IMG/VR virus record: IMGVR_UViG_3300032227_001145
Coordinates: 4,688-68,687 of that record
Strand: one strand, 5' to 3'
Length of the DNA: 64,000 nt
From: a virus
Lineage: Duplodnaviria > Caudoviricetes
Within the stretch, counting starts at the first letter, position 1. Each line of letters opens with the position of its first letter. The notes below the pieces were generated by a model. It had not been told where the DNA came from, did not search any database, and worked only from the letters and a program-made list of their open reading frames with translations. Shown in pieces: positions 19,368-27,913 of the stretch. Position numbers and translations under genes: made by a program.

Positions 19368-19796
19368 TTACTTAACCTTGATCATTATATCTCTTTTAGC
19401 CTCCTTTTCAAGAGGAATTTTGATTTTTAAAAGACCATTTTTATACTCAGCTTCAATAGATTCCTTATCTAAACTTTGATGAAGCGTGAAGTGCTTTTTC
19501 AAGGATCTTCGTGCTATCTTCTTGTGATAGAACTCTGCATCTTTTTCTGAATCTTTTTTAGCAGAAGCTTCTACTTTAAGAGTTTGTCCAGAAACTGAAA
19601 CAGAAATATCTTCTTGATCGAGTCCAACAAGAGCGAACTCGACAATAACATTTCCATCCTTGTCCTTATAAATATCGTAAGGATCAGAACTCCAGACGGG
19701 ATTTGTATTAGCGCCTTCAAGAAAGCTGTTCATCTTCTTGAAGATATCTCCCTCAAAAATAAAGGGAGCCGATAGGTTGCTGTATCTTATTGTCAT
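19368..19796 (-). CDS. hsp20: Small heat-shock protein (Hsp20/alpha-crystallin)
   Basis: PYDIYK, VEFALVG, FYHKKIARR, IEAEYKNGLLKIKIP. Confidence 0.92.
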   Translation of the reverse strand: MTIRYSNLSAPFIFEGDIFKKMNSFLEGANTNPVWSSDPYDIYKDKDGNVIVEFALVGLDQEDISVSVSGQTLKVEASAKKDSEKDAEFYHKKIARRSLKKHFTLHQSLDKESIEAEYKNGLLKIKIPLEKEAKRDIMIKVK

Positions 19797-19861
19797 ACTT
19801 ATTAGTTATGTTTTTTTTGTTTTCATGCCCCAATTGGGTGCAGAAATTTTAGTGTTTAAAT

Positions 19862-19969
19862 TCAATCTTCTAGTTCAAGCATGGCTTGATCTAATCGATC
19901 TAAAATAAACGCAATTGTTTCGCCGATTTCTAAATCAGCTATTTGTTGTGTATCTTGAGGTTCGGTCAT
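19862..19969 (-). CDS. Small acidic ORF missing from the track (35 aa, MTEPQDTQQIADLEIGETIAFILDRLDQAMLELED)
   Basis: ATG to TGA open; GTGTAT motif 12 nt upstream; fills the nrdA-hsp20 gap. Confidence 0.55.
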   Translation of the reverse strand: MTEPQDTQQIADLEIGETIAFILDRLDQAMLELED

Positions 19970-19981
19970 AGTGGTATATTT

Positions 19982-19987
19982 ATACAC
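19982..19987 (-). promoter_or_regulatory. GTGTAT variant of the putative late promoter
   Basis: 12 nt upstream of the small ORF ATG. Confidence 0.45.
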
Positions 19988-20012
19988 ACTATTTCTGAAT
20001 TGGGAAAATGCT

Positions 20013-20038
20013 GGGGCGGCTCCCGAAGAAGCCGCCCC
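20013..20038 (-). terminator. Very GC-rich hairpin with C(UUCG)G loop after nrdA
   Basis: GGGGCGGCTTC-TTCG-GGAGCCGCCCC; U-tract weak (AGCATTTT). Confidence 0.6.
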
Positions 20039-20072
20039 GCGTCCTGTCGCCTAAACAAGCAGGAGGGGAAAT

Positions 20073-21719
20073 CTAAGCCTCGCAAGAGGCGCATGTCATG
20101 ATGGATCTGGCAAGTTGTTGTGCTGGGTTTGAAGAGCGCTGATAGTATAGGCTCTTAATTCCTTGCTCCCAAGCAAAGATAAGAAGCTCATTCACCTCTT
20201 TTGCCTTTGCTGTCGGAGCAATCATTACATTTAAAGACTGACCTTGATCAACATACTTTTGACGTTGAGCCGCTTGAATAATAATTTCTTTTTGCGAAAT
20301 TTCTCCGAATGTTTTAAATACGTCTTTCTCTTCTTGAGAAAGAAAATCTAGGTGTTGCACACTTCCTCCGCGAACAAGAATGCTTTTCCAAGTCTCATTA
20401 TTGTTTTGACCCTTCTCTTTAAGAAGATTAATTAAATAGGGATTTTTAAATGTAAACTTGCCTTTTGCAAGATCCTTTGTAAAGTAATTACTATTAAGAG
20501 GTTCTATAGATGGAGAAACCTGACCAAGAATAAAAGAGCTTGAAGTTGTTGGTGCAATTGCAAGAGTAGTTGTGTTCCTGCGTCCATAGCCCTTTAAAAG
20601 ATCTGGTTCACCAAAAATTTTGGCAAGTTCTTGAGAAGCTTTATCTGCGCGTTTACGAATCTCTTTCCAAATTTGAATGTTTAGAAGTTTTGCATCGACA
20701 CTCTCAAATGGAATCATTTCAGATTGAAGCAAAGAATGCCATCCAAGAACGCCAACTCCTAGAGCGCGTTGACGCCTTGCAAATTTATTTGGAGCTTCCA
20801 AATGTTTTTGACCATCTGTTTTTTCAATAAACTCAGTCATTACTGCATCTAAGAAATACACAAGATACTCTATGGCATCAGTGTCCTCAATTTCCTCCCA
20901 ACGCTCAAGATTAATTGAGGAAAGATTACAAACAAAAGATTCATCTTCTGAATTGCTCAAGAAAATTTCCGAGCAAAGATTTGAATTATGAATTTTTAAA
21001 TTCTTATCTTTATAGACTTGAGGAGCCATATTGTTTGCAGTATCAGAAAAGAAAATATATGGATAGCCGCTTTCAAATCGCTTTTTGATAACAAGCCCCC
21101 AGATTTTCCTCTTGTCCTTGTCTCCTTCAATCATGGACTTCATCCATTCATCAGAAATACAAACTCCAATAGAAAGATCTTGAATCTCGTTTCCTTCACC
21201 ACGAATCTTCAAGAATTCTTCGATGTCTGCATGATCAATTGGAAGATATGCTGCAAAAGATCCACGACGCACATTTCCTTGAGAAACAACGTTCATAAGC
21301 TTGTCATACATTTCCATGAAATGGACGGAGCCTGTTGATTTACCACCACAAGAAATATCTGAGCCGCGACCACGAACATCTCCAAAATATCCAGATGTTC
21401 CACCACCAGCCTTTGTCATCATTCCAACTTCAGAAAGCTTTTCGAGAATGCCTTCCATATTATCTGGAATGTAAGATCCGAAGCAAGAAATAGGCAATCC
21501 TCTTGCGCGTCCAAAATTACTCCAAATTGGAGAAGACAATGAATAAAAACCTCTGTGCAAATAATCTAAAAACTTATTTTTAAATCCATCAATACCAAGA
21601 ATTTCTTCTGCTTTTCCAGCAATGTCCTCAAGACGCTTTTCTGGAGTCTCTCCCTCTACAAGATATCCGCGCTCTAAAAATTTGCGCGAATCTGCATTCA
21701 ACCAGTAAATATCACTCAT
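20073..21719 (-). CDS. nrdA: Class I ribonucleotide reductase alpha subunit, short form with no ATP cone
   Basis: SSPIWSN, ISCF, NLCSE, LAIAPTTSSS, DQGQSLN, KSLYY, C-terminal CASCEA. Confidence 0.95.
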   Translation of the reverse strand: MSDIYWLNADSRKFLERGYLVEGETPEKRLEDIAGKAEEILGIDGFKNKFLDYLHRGFYSLSSPIWSNFGRARGLPISCFGSYIPDNMEGILEKLSEVGMMTKAGGGTSGYFGDVRGRGSDISCGGKSTGSVHFMEMYDKLMNVVSQGNVRRGSFAAYLPIDHADIEEFLKIRGEGNEIQDLSIGVCISDEWMKSMIEGDKDKRKIWGLVIKKRFESGYPYIFFSDTANNMAPQVYKDKNLKIHNSNLCSEIFLSNSEDESFVCNLSSINLERWEEIEDTDAIEYLVYFLDAVMTEFIEKTDGQKHLEAPNKFARRQRALGVGVLGWHSLLQSEMIPFESVDAKLLNIQIWKEIRKRADKASQELAKIFGEPDLLKGYGRRNTTTLAIAPTTSSSFILGQVSPSIEPLNSNYFTKDLAKGKFTFKNPYLINLLKEKGQNNNETWKSILVRGGSVQHLDFLSQEEKDVFKTFGEISQKEIIIQAAQRQKYVDQGQSLNVMIAPTAKAKEVNELLIFAWEQGIKSLYYQRSSNPAQQLARSIMTCASCEA

Positions 21720-21761
21720 TTTATTTTAATGTATTGTTAAATAGAATCTAAGAGTTTTCAA

Positions 21762-22733
21762 TTAAAAAAGATCGTCTTCTCCAAAAGATTGATTTTTCTT
21801 TGAATACTCTGTCGGTCTGCTGTGGAAGAAGTCTGTCATATTGTTTCCAAGAAGTTCTTCATCAAACCAAGTTGTAGAAGAAATAAGGTTTTCGTCAACA
21901 TCAAAAACCTTTGGGAATTTAATTTGAACAAGAGATTCGTTAATTCTATTTTTAACGAATTCTTTCAATATTTCAGAACTTAGGCCATCTTCCTGAGTTC
22001 CATTAACCATCCAATCAATAATTTTGCTTTCTGATTTAAAAGCTTCTTGAGCTTCGTTAAGAATTCTATCTTCGAGTTCTTTGTCAAAAAGCTCTGGGTA
22101 TTCATCACGAATAGTATTAATGATCTTAATACCTACAAGCGCATGAATGTTCTCTTCGTTTCGAGTATACTTTACTTGCTGATCAGTATCCTTCAGCACA
22201 TTTTTATAACGCGCAAACCAATTAATTACGTAGAATTGGGAAAACAAAGATACATTTTCTACAAAGAGAGTGAACAAAATTAAAGCATAAAGATATTGCT
22301 TCTTTGAATCTTTGTAAAATCGATGAGTGTATTTCTTTAAATACTTTACTCGTCCCTGAATCCATTCAAGCTTTAGATTTTCTTCGAATACGTCTTCTAA
22401 ATCAAGAACTGTAAGAAGGCGCTCATATGCATTATTGTGAATAACTTCAATATTCGCCATCACGTAACCAAGATCTTGTAAGCTTGGGTGTGGAAGGTTC
22501 TCGCCAAGCTTGGCCCAAAATGTCTTTACTGCTACCTCAATTTGCCCAATCGCAGAAAGAGTGCGAACAATCACTTCGCGTTCTTTATCAGAAAGTTCTG
22601 TCTTAAACTGTTGAAGATCGCTCTTAAAGCTGAACTCTTTATCAGTCCAAAAACCATTGTGCATAGCCTCAATAAATTGTTCTGCCCAAGGGTATCGGTT
22701 CGGTTTGCGGGAGATTTGTTCTTCAAAGATCAT
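21762..22733 (-). CDS. nrdB: Ribonucleotide reductase beta subunit with class Id signature
   Basis: E66/K70 (IEVAVK), E96-H99-Y103 (EVIHNNAY), E159, E194-H197 (EENIH), DFFHSRPTEY; start set at ATG 22733. Confidence 0.93.
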   Translation of the reverse strand: MIFEEQISRKPNRYPWAEQFIEAMHNGFWTDKEFSFKSDLQQFKTELSDKEREVIVRTLSAIGQIEVAVKTFWAKLGENLPHPSLQDLGYVMANIEVIHNNAYERLLTVLDLEDVFEENLKLEWIQGRVKYLKKYTHRFYKDSKKQYLYALILFTLFVENVSLFSQFYVINWFARYKNVLKDTDQQVKYTRNEENIHALVGIKIINTIRDEYPELFDKELEDRILNEAQEAFKSESKIIDWMVNGTQEDGLSSEILKEFVKNRINESLVQIKFPKVFDVDENLISSTTWFDEELLGNNMTDFFHSRPTEYSKKNQSFGEDDLF

Positions 22734-22744
22734 TGCTGAATTAG

Positions 22745-22750
22745 TTACAC
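22745..22750 (-). promoter_or_regulatory. GTGTAA putative late promoter element (nrdB)
   Basis: 11 nt upstream of the ATG at 22733. Confidence 0.55.
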
Positions 22751-22810
22751 CAAAGCTACTCAAAATTAGGAGTCTTTCAAGAAAATTATGTAGAAATTTT
22801 TGGCGAAGCC

Positions 22811-22849
22811 ATTATATTAAATACGAACGTAGTGAGGATTTAATATAAT
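22811..22849. repeat. Perfect 12-bp inverted repeat in the nrdB leader
   Basis: ATTATATTAAAT-N15-ATTTAATATAAT. Confidence 0.8.
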
Positions 22850-22851
22850 TC

Positions 22852-22885
22852 GAAACCTTCACGAAAAGCGGAACCTTCACAAGCG
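22852..22885. repeat. Imperfect tandem direct repeat
   Basis: GAAACCTTCACGAAAAGCG followed by GAACCTTCACAAGCG. Confidence 0.65.
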
Positions 22886-22905
22886 GAACGGTTACGAATG
22901 TATTC

Positions 22906-22933
22906 ATTATATGAAAAATATTTTGAGTGTCAA
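22906..22933 (-). promoter_or_regulatory. Consensus sigma70 promoter facing nrdB-nrdA
   Basis: TTGACA-N16-TATAAT on the minus strand. Confidence 0.75.
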
Positions 22934-22948
22934 GAAAAAAAATTTTTA

Positions 22949-22976
22949 TTGACAAATCCTATAAATCAGTTATTCC
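22949..22976 (+). promoter_or_regulatory. Divergent sigma70-like promoter for the sigma-factor operon
   Basis: TTGACA-N16-TATTCC; weak -10; preceded by an A/T tract. Confidence 0.45.
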
Positions 22977-23576
22977 ATGAAAATGATTCCAGAAAAAGAC
23001 CAAGAATTAACTAAATTAGTTAAGGAGGATCAGAATCAAGAAGCTTTAATAGAACTAATCGAAAGACATTCTGGCATATACGTGCATATGGTAAAATGTT
23101 TTGGGTCTAAAAATTTAACCCAAGATCAGATCAATGATTTAATCGGTGAAAAAGATTATAATATTTATAAGGCTGCTTTAGACTTTGATGAATCCAAATC
23201 AAAATTTTCCACATTCTTAGCAAACAAAACAAAATATATTTGTCTTACTCAAAAGACTTTAAACAAAAAGAGAAGAAATGTTGTTTCTTATGATGAAATG
23301 GACTTCTCGCAAGTATCGTCTGATTTAGAACCCGACGAAGAATGTTTGCTTAATGAGGGGTATAGTAGAATTATCAATATGATATTGAAACATACCGATG
23401 AAAGAGTTAAAACAATATTTTACGAAAGGTATTTCTGTGGCGAAAGAGGCAAACTCAAGCCATGGAAGGAAATTGCAGATAAGGTAGATTTATCAACACA
23501 AGGATGTATCAATGTTCATGATAGAACAATAAAAGAATTTAGAACAAGAATCAAAAATGAGAAAATTAAATTTTGA
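22977..23576 (+). CDS. RNA polymerase sigma factor (regions 2 and 4; FliA/SigF-like size)
   Basis: EALIELIERH, KAALDFDESKSKFSTF, region 4 HTH PWKEIADKVDLS. Confidence 0.8.
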   Translation: MKMIPEKDQELTKLVKEDQNQEALIELIERHSGIYVHMVKCFGSKNLTQDQINDLIGEKDYNIYKAALDFDESKSKFSTFLANKTKYICLTQKTLNKKRRNVVSYDEMDFSQVSSDLEPDEECLLNEGYSRIINMILKHTDERVKTIFYERYFCGERGKLKPWKEIADKVDLSTQGCINVHDRTIKEFRTRIKNEKIKF

Positions 23577-24648
23577 AGCCCCAATTAATTCCCTAAGCTT
23601 GGGAAACGTGTCAGTTAATTTTTTAAAGGAAATCTACAATCATGAAGATATCGATGCATCGATTTTCCCAATTGGTGACAATGCCGACTTTAATGCTTAC
23701 GACAATATCACTGATGAATTTAAAAACTGGATTATTTCAAGAGGAAGAGATCGATTAAAGACGTTTTGCAGCGATGCTCCAACTTTAAAAGTTTGGCATA
23801 TTAATGGATCAGAAAGACAGATTGGCAAGAAACAGTTTTTATACACCTTCTATGAAGTTGATTCTCCAACACAAGAAGAAATTAATATTGTAAAAGCTCA
23901 AGAGCACGTTTTCTTTTCATCTTCAGAATCTGCCGAGTTTTTTAAAAATGCTGGCTGTGATAATGTATCATATGTTCCTCTTGGATTTGATAAGGACTTT
24001 TTTGTTTCAAATAAAGATTACGGAATGAATAACACGATTCACTTCGGACTTATTGGAAAACTTGAACGTAGAAAAAATACTCAGGCGATTATCCAACTAT
24101 GGTTAAACAAATTTGGAAATAATCCAAAATACCATTTAACATGCTTAATCAACAATCCATTCTTGAAGCCTGAACATATGAATCAGGCTATAGGGCAGGC
24201 TTTAATGGGTCGAAATTGGAATAACATTAGCTTTCTTCCTCATTTAAAAACAAATGCTGAAGTAAATGATTTAATGAATTCTGTAGATATTGATCTTTCT
24301 GGATTATCAAATGGAGAAGGTTGGAACCTTCCTGCTTTTAATACCACTGCATTAGGAAAATGGTCAATTGTTAGTAATTGCACTTCTCATAAGGATTGGG
24401 CAAATGATAGCAATGCGATCCTAGTAAATCCAGTTGGAAAACAACCATGTTATGATAATGTATTCTTCCAAGAAGGAAGTATCTTCAATCAAGGAAATTA
24501 TTATAAGCTAGATGCAGAATCCATATCAGTAGCTATGGACAAAGCTATTGATTTAGCAAAGAAACAGAATACAGAAGGATTGAAACTTCAGGAACAATTT
24601 TCTTATAAGGAATCTGTTGAAAAAATACTCAAAGTAGTATTTAAGTAA
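23557..24648 (+). CDS. GT4 (GT-B) glycosyltransferase
   Basis: YVPLGFD, GLIGKLERRKN, GEGWNLPAFNTTALGK. Confidence 0.85.
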   Translation: MRKLNFEAPINSLSLGNVSVNFLKEIYNHEDIDASIFPIGDNADFNAYDNITDEFKNWIISRGRDRLKTFCSDAPTLKVWHINGSERQIGKKQFLYTFYEVDSPTQEEINIVKAQEHVFFSSSESAEFFKNAGCDNVSYVPLGFDKDFFVSNKDYGMNNTIHFGLIGKLERRKNTQAIIQLWLNKFGNNPKYHLTCLINNPFLKPEHMNQAIGQALMGRNWNNISFLPHLKTNAEVNDLMNSVDIDLSGLSNGEGWNLPAFNTTALGKWSIVSNCTSHKDWANDSNAILVNPVGKQPCYDNVFFQEGSIFNQGNYYKLDAESISVAMDKAIDLAKKQNTEGLKLQEQFSYKESVEKILKVVFK

Positions 24649-24651
24649 ATC

Positions 24652-24679
24652 TAAAGGGTGATAGAAATACCACCCTTTA
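24652..24679 (+). terminator. Possible terminator hairpin
   Basis: TAAAGGGTG-N10-CACCCTTTA followed by AT-rich sequence. Confidence 0.45.
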
Positions 24680-24695
24680 TTATTTATAATAAGTC

Positions 24696-25079
24696 ATGCC
24701 AATTTATATCTACAAGCATCCAGAAAAAGAAGAATACAAAGAAATCATTCAAACAATGCGAGAAAAGCACGTTTATTCTGAAGATGGTGTAGAATGGAAG
24801 CGTGTTTTTACTATCCCAAACGCATCAATCGATACAAAAGTAGATGCATATGATAAAAACGCATTTATTTCGAAAACTGGCAATATGAAAGGTACAGTTG
24901 GAGACATGCTTGATTATTCAGCAGACATGTCTCGCAAAAGAGCAGAAAAATCAGAAACTGGAGAAGATCCAGTAAAGCGTGCGTATTTTAATGAATATCA
25001 AAGCAAAATAGGCAAAAAACATCTAGATGATAAAAAGAAAGTAATTGAAACATCTAAGTTTAAAGTTGAATTAGATTAA
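24696..25079 (+). CDS. FmdB-like protein lacking the zinc-ribbon cysteines
   Basis: MPIYIYK..EIIQTM resembles the FmdB start MPIYEYxC..FExxQ. Confidence 0.5.
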   Translation: MPIYIYKHPEKEEYKEIIQTMREKHVYSEDGVEWKRVFTIPNASIDTKVDAYDKNAFISKTGNMKGTVGDMLDYSADMSRKRAEKSETGEDPVKRAYFNEYQSKIGKKHLDDKKKVIETSKFKVELD

Positions 25080-25080
25080 A

Positions 25081-26538
25081 TTATTCTGCTCCAATTACAA
25101 TGAGATTGTAAGCCATTTCTCCTCCTCGTTTTCCAGTATTTGGAAAATAATAACCAATATCTATATATCCATCCTCAATACATCTAGCATATCTTATATA
25201 TGGGAAATTGCCAGTTTCTTGATTAATTCCAGATGTTAGAATTCCAGTATTTGAACTTTTCGCTGCTGCTATTGCTATGCAAATATCACCCGATTTAACA
25301 CCTGCAAAATATCTACTTCTAGCCTCTAGATAAGATCCAGTATTTCCTACTTGTGCTACAAGAACATCATTAAATTGCGAATTATGACTAATATTATTAA
25401 TTTTATTTGAATTAGTTCCACTAATTGATGTAATGGTGGTGGTAAAATTATTATTACCAGAATCAAATACAAATTCTGAATTAGATTTCAGATAATCGAA
25501 ATTCATACTATTAAAACCTATTCCAGTTTGTCCAGTAATTATAATATTTTCTATATTTGCTGAAAAAAGTGATGTATCCGCAGTTAAATTATTATTTACT
25601 GTAATGTAATCATAGGAATTATTATTCTCAGATATAAATCCAGAATCTTTAACGCCAGACTCCGTTAAAATATTGCTACCAGTTAAAAAAGCAGATGAAC
25701 TCCCGCTTAAAATAGTTCCAGTTAAAGTATTGCAATCAAAATTACTTCCAGTTAAATAAGTTGAACTAATTAAACCGCTTACATTTCTAAGATTTCCGCT
25801 TATATATGGAGACTTATTAAATTCAATATTTGCATTTACATATAGATTTCCATTTTTAAAATAAGCTCCACTTAAAAACTGGCTTGTTCCTACTGTATTA
25901 AATGAATTTTCAACTTTAATATCATTTTTAATAGAAACTAAGTTATTAAATATTGAAGACCCAGTAATATTGAGGTTTCCACTAAATATTGCCTCTGCTG
26001 AAGATGTTGTTATTACATTTTTATTAAAAACGCAATTATCTCCATCAATAGTTGTTCCGCTCAAAAAGCCAATTAACAAAGAATGATTTGTAGATACTTC
26101 TGAAGAGAACTCTCTGCTTGAGATAATTGATGATCCTGTTATATTTTCTGAAAATATATTATTATAACCAGCAAGAGAAGTATTAAATGTACTTCCAGAT
26201 TCAAATGATAAATTTTCTCCATTAACAATAACATTATTTGAACCAGATGTATCATTAGATGATCCAGCGAAAATTGAATTATTTATTCCATTGGCATTAT
26301 TTTCATAACCTCCAAATACTATATTATTATTATTTGAATCTGAATTATTAGTTGGATTTGATGATAAAAGTAAACCAGAATCTAATGTTAAAGATCCATA
26401 TATATTAAAATTTCCACTTAAAGATCTGTTCAAATTAATATTAAAGCCAGTAGATAAATTTTGAAATACGAAATCTCCAATTTTACTAAAAAAATCTGGC
26501 AATTGAATCTGATCTGGATGTATTTTAATAAAAGACAT
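25081..26538 (-). CDS. Fibre/spike-like virion protein, paralog B
   Basis: S/T/N/G-rich beta-repeat sequence; N-terminal ~110 aa clearly similar to 26541-27875. Confidence 0.6.
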   Translation of the reverse strand: MSFIKIHPDQIQLPDFFSKIGDFVFQNLSTGFNINLNRSLSGNFNIYGSLTLDSGLLLSSNPTNNSDSNNNNIVFGGYENNANGINNSIFAGSSNDTSGSNNVIVNGENLSFESGSTFNTSLAGYNNIFSENITGSSIISSREFSSEVSTNHSLLIGFLSGTTIDGDNCVFNKNVITTSSAEAIFSGNLNITGSSIFNNLVSIKNDIKVENSFNTVGTSQFLSGAYFKNGNLYVNANIEFNKSPYISGNLRNVSGLISSTYLTGSNFDCNTLTGTILSGSSSAFLTGSNILTESGVKDSGFISENNNSYDYITVNNNLTADTSLFSANIENIIITGQTGIGFNSMNFDYLKSNSEFVFDSGNNNFTTTITSISGTNSNKINNISHNSQFNDVLVAQVGNTGSYLEARSRYFAGVKSGDICIAIAAAKSSNTGILTSGINQETGNFPYIRYARCIEDGYIDIGYYFPNTGKRGGEMAYNLIVIGAE

Positions 26539-26540
26539 TT

Positions 26541-27875
26541 TTATAATAAAAGATAATTACCAGTAATTGTAGATGGAAAATTTGATGAAACCATTGAAAC
26601 TGCAATTGAATTAAGAAGAGGTTTTGAAGATAAATATCTTGTGCCAGTTTGGTTTTCTCCACTTAAACAAAAAAACAGTATTTGAGAAGAAAGAGTTCCA
26701 TCAATAAATCCAGTATAAATATTTGAACTGCCAGATCTAGGGCATACAATCTTACCAGCTCTTAAGGAGCTCATGTAACTTCCATTTACTCCAATTTTTA
26801 AAGTATTAGTAAAAACAATATCCTCAGCCGCTATTGTAGTTGTAATAATATTATTAAAATATCCAGTATTTCCAGAAATACTATCAAATTCAATGGAACC
26901 GAAAATTCCAGTTCCATATACATTTAACTGGTCAAGAACAGTCAAGTCCTCAAAGCTTGAATCTATAGATGAAATATAGCCTTGTTGATTAATCCAAGAT
27001 TCTGTTGCTATATTACTTCCAGTTAAAGTTGCTGAATTTGTTATGTTTAAATCAGCAGTATTAATTGTATTTATATTTGCAATTTGTGACTCAAGATTAT
27101 ATCCAGAGATAAGTCCAGTTGCACTTATATTTCCGTTGACTTCTAAACTTCCACTCTGTTTTATATCGGAGTCTATATAAACAGATCCTCCAGTAATGGA
27201 TAGATCTCCAGTCAACCTAAGCTGACCATCTACAATTAAATTTCCAGATAAGTAAATATCATTATTTACTCTTACATTGTTAAAATAAGAAAAGCCATTT
27301 ACAGTCAAGTCAGAATTAAATAATCCAGAATTTGGAGAATTAACAATGAAATTTGTTTCAAACGTAGTTGGTCCTCCATCGAATGTTATTCCGCTTGCAA
27401 AATTAATTATTAAAGAATTGCTTTTATTATTTGTCGTAGCAGATTTTAAATCAGCTAATATTACTGAACCCGTAATATTATTTGCGAAAGAACATCCAGA
27501 TCCCGCTAAAATTGTATTAAATGAAGACGTATTATTAATTCTATTGTTAATTCCATTAACAATAACATTGCTTGTGCCGCTTATATTATTGCCAGATCCA
27601 GCTAATATAGTATTATTTCTGCCAGAAAGCGCAGTATTATTTAATCCACCAAAAATTAAATTTCCGCTATTTTGATTAAAAGTATTGGTTGAGCTTGTTT
27701 TAAACACAGGTCCATTATTTATGGACAATGAACCAGTAATATTGAAATTTCCGCTTAAATTCCTGCTTAGATCAACAACAACTCCTGTTGTCTGATCTGA
27801 AAATATTAAATCGCCGCTTCTACTGTAAAAAGTCGGCAATTGAATTTGTTTTGGTTGAATTTTTTGATAAGCCAT
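26541..27875 (-). CDS. Fibre/spike-like virion protein, paralog A
   Basis: GxLxVxG-type repeats (SGNLIVDGQLRLTGDLSITGG); own GTGTAA element. Confidence 0.6.
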   Translation of the reverse strand: MAYQKIQPKQIQLPTFYSRSGDLIFSDQTTGVVVDLSRNLSGNFNITGSLSINNGPVFKTSSTNTFNQNSGNLIFGGLNNTALSGRNNTILAGSGNNISGTSNVIVNGINNRINNTSSFNTILAGSGCSFANNITGSVILADLKSATTNNKSNSLIINFASGITFDGGPTTFETNFIVNSPNSGLFNSDLTVNGFSYFNNVRVNNDIYLSGNLIVDGQLRLTGDLSITGGSVYIDSDIKQSGSLEVNGNISATGLISGYNLESQIANINTINTADLNITNSATLTGSNIATESWINQQGYISSIDSSFEDLTVLDQLNVYGTGIFGSIEFDSISGNTGYFNNIITTTIAAEDIVFTNTLKIGVNGSYMSSLRAGKIVCPRSGSSNIYTGFIDGTLSSQILFFCLSGENQTGTRYLSSKPLLNSIAVSMVSSNFPSTITGNYLLL

Positions 27876-27900
27876 GCTACAATAAATTATCTTTTAAAGG

Positions 27901-27906
27901 TTACAC
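27901..27906 (-). promoter_or_regulatory. GTGTAA putative late promoter element (fibre pair)
   Basis: 25 nt upstream of the ATG at 27875, in a 38-bp divergent gap. Confidence 0.55.
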
Positions 27907-27913
27907 ATTTTCC

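Noticed and set aside
19826-19992. CIRCE or NrdR boxes near hsp20 and the nrd genes
   Set aside because: The palindromes match neither TTAGCACTC-N9-GAGTGCTAA nor the NrdR consensus
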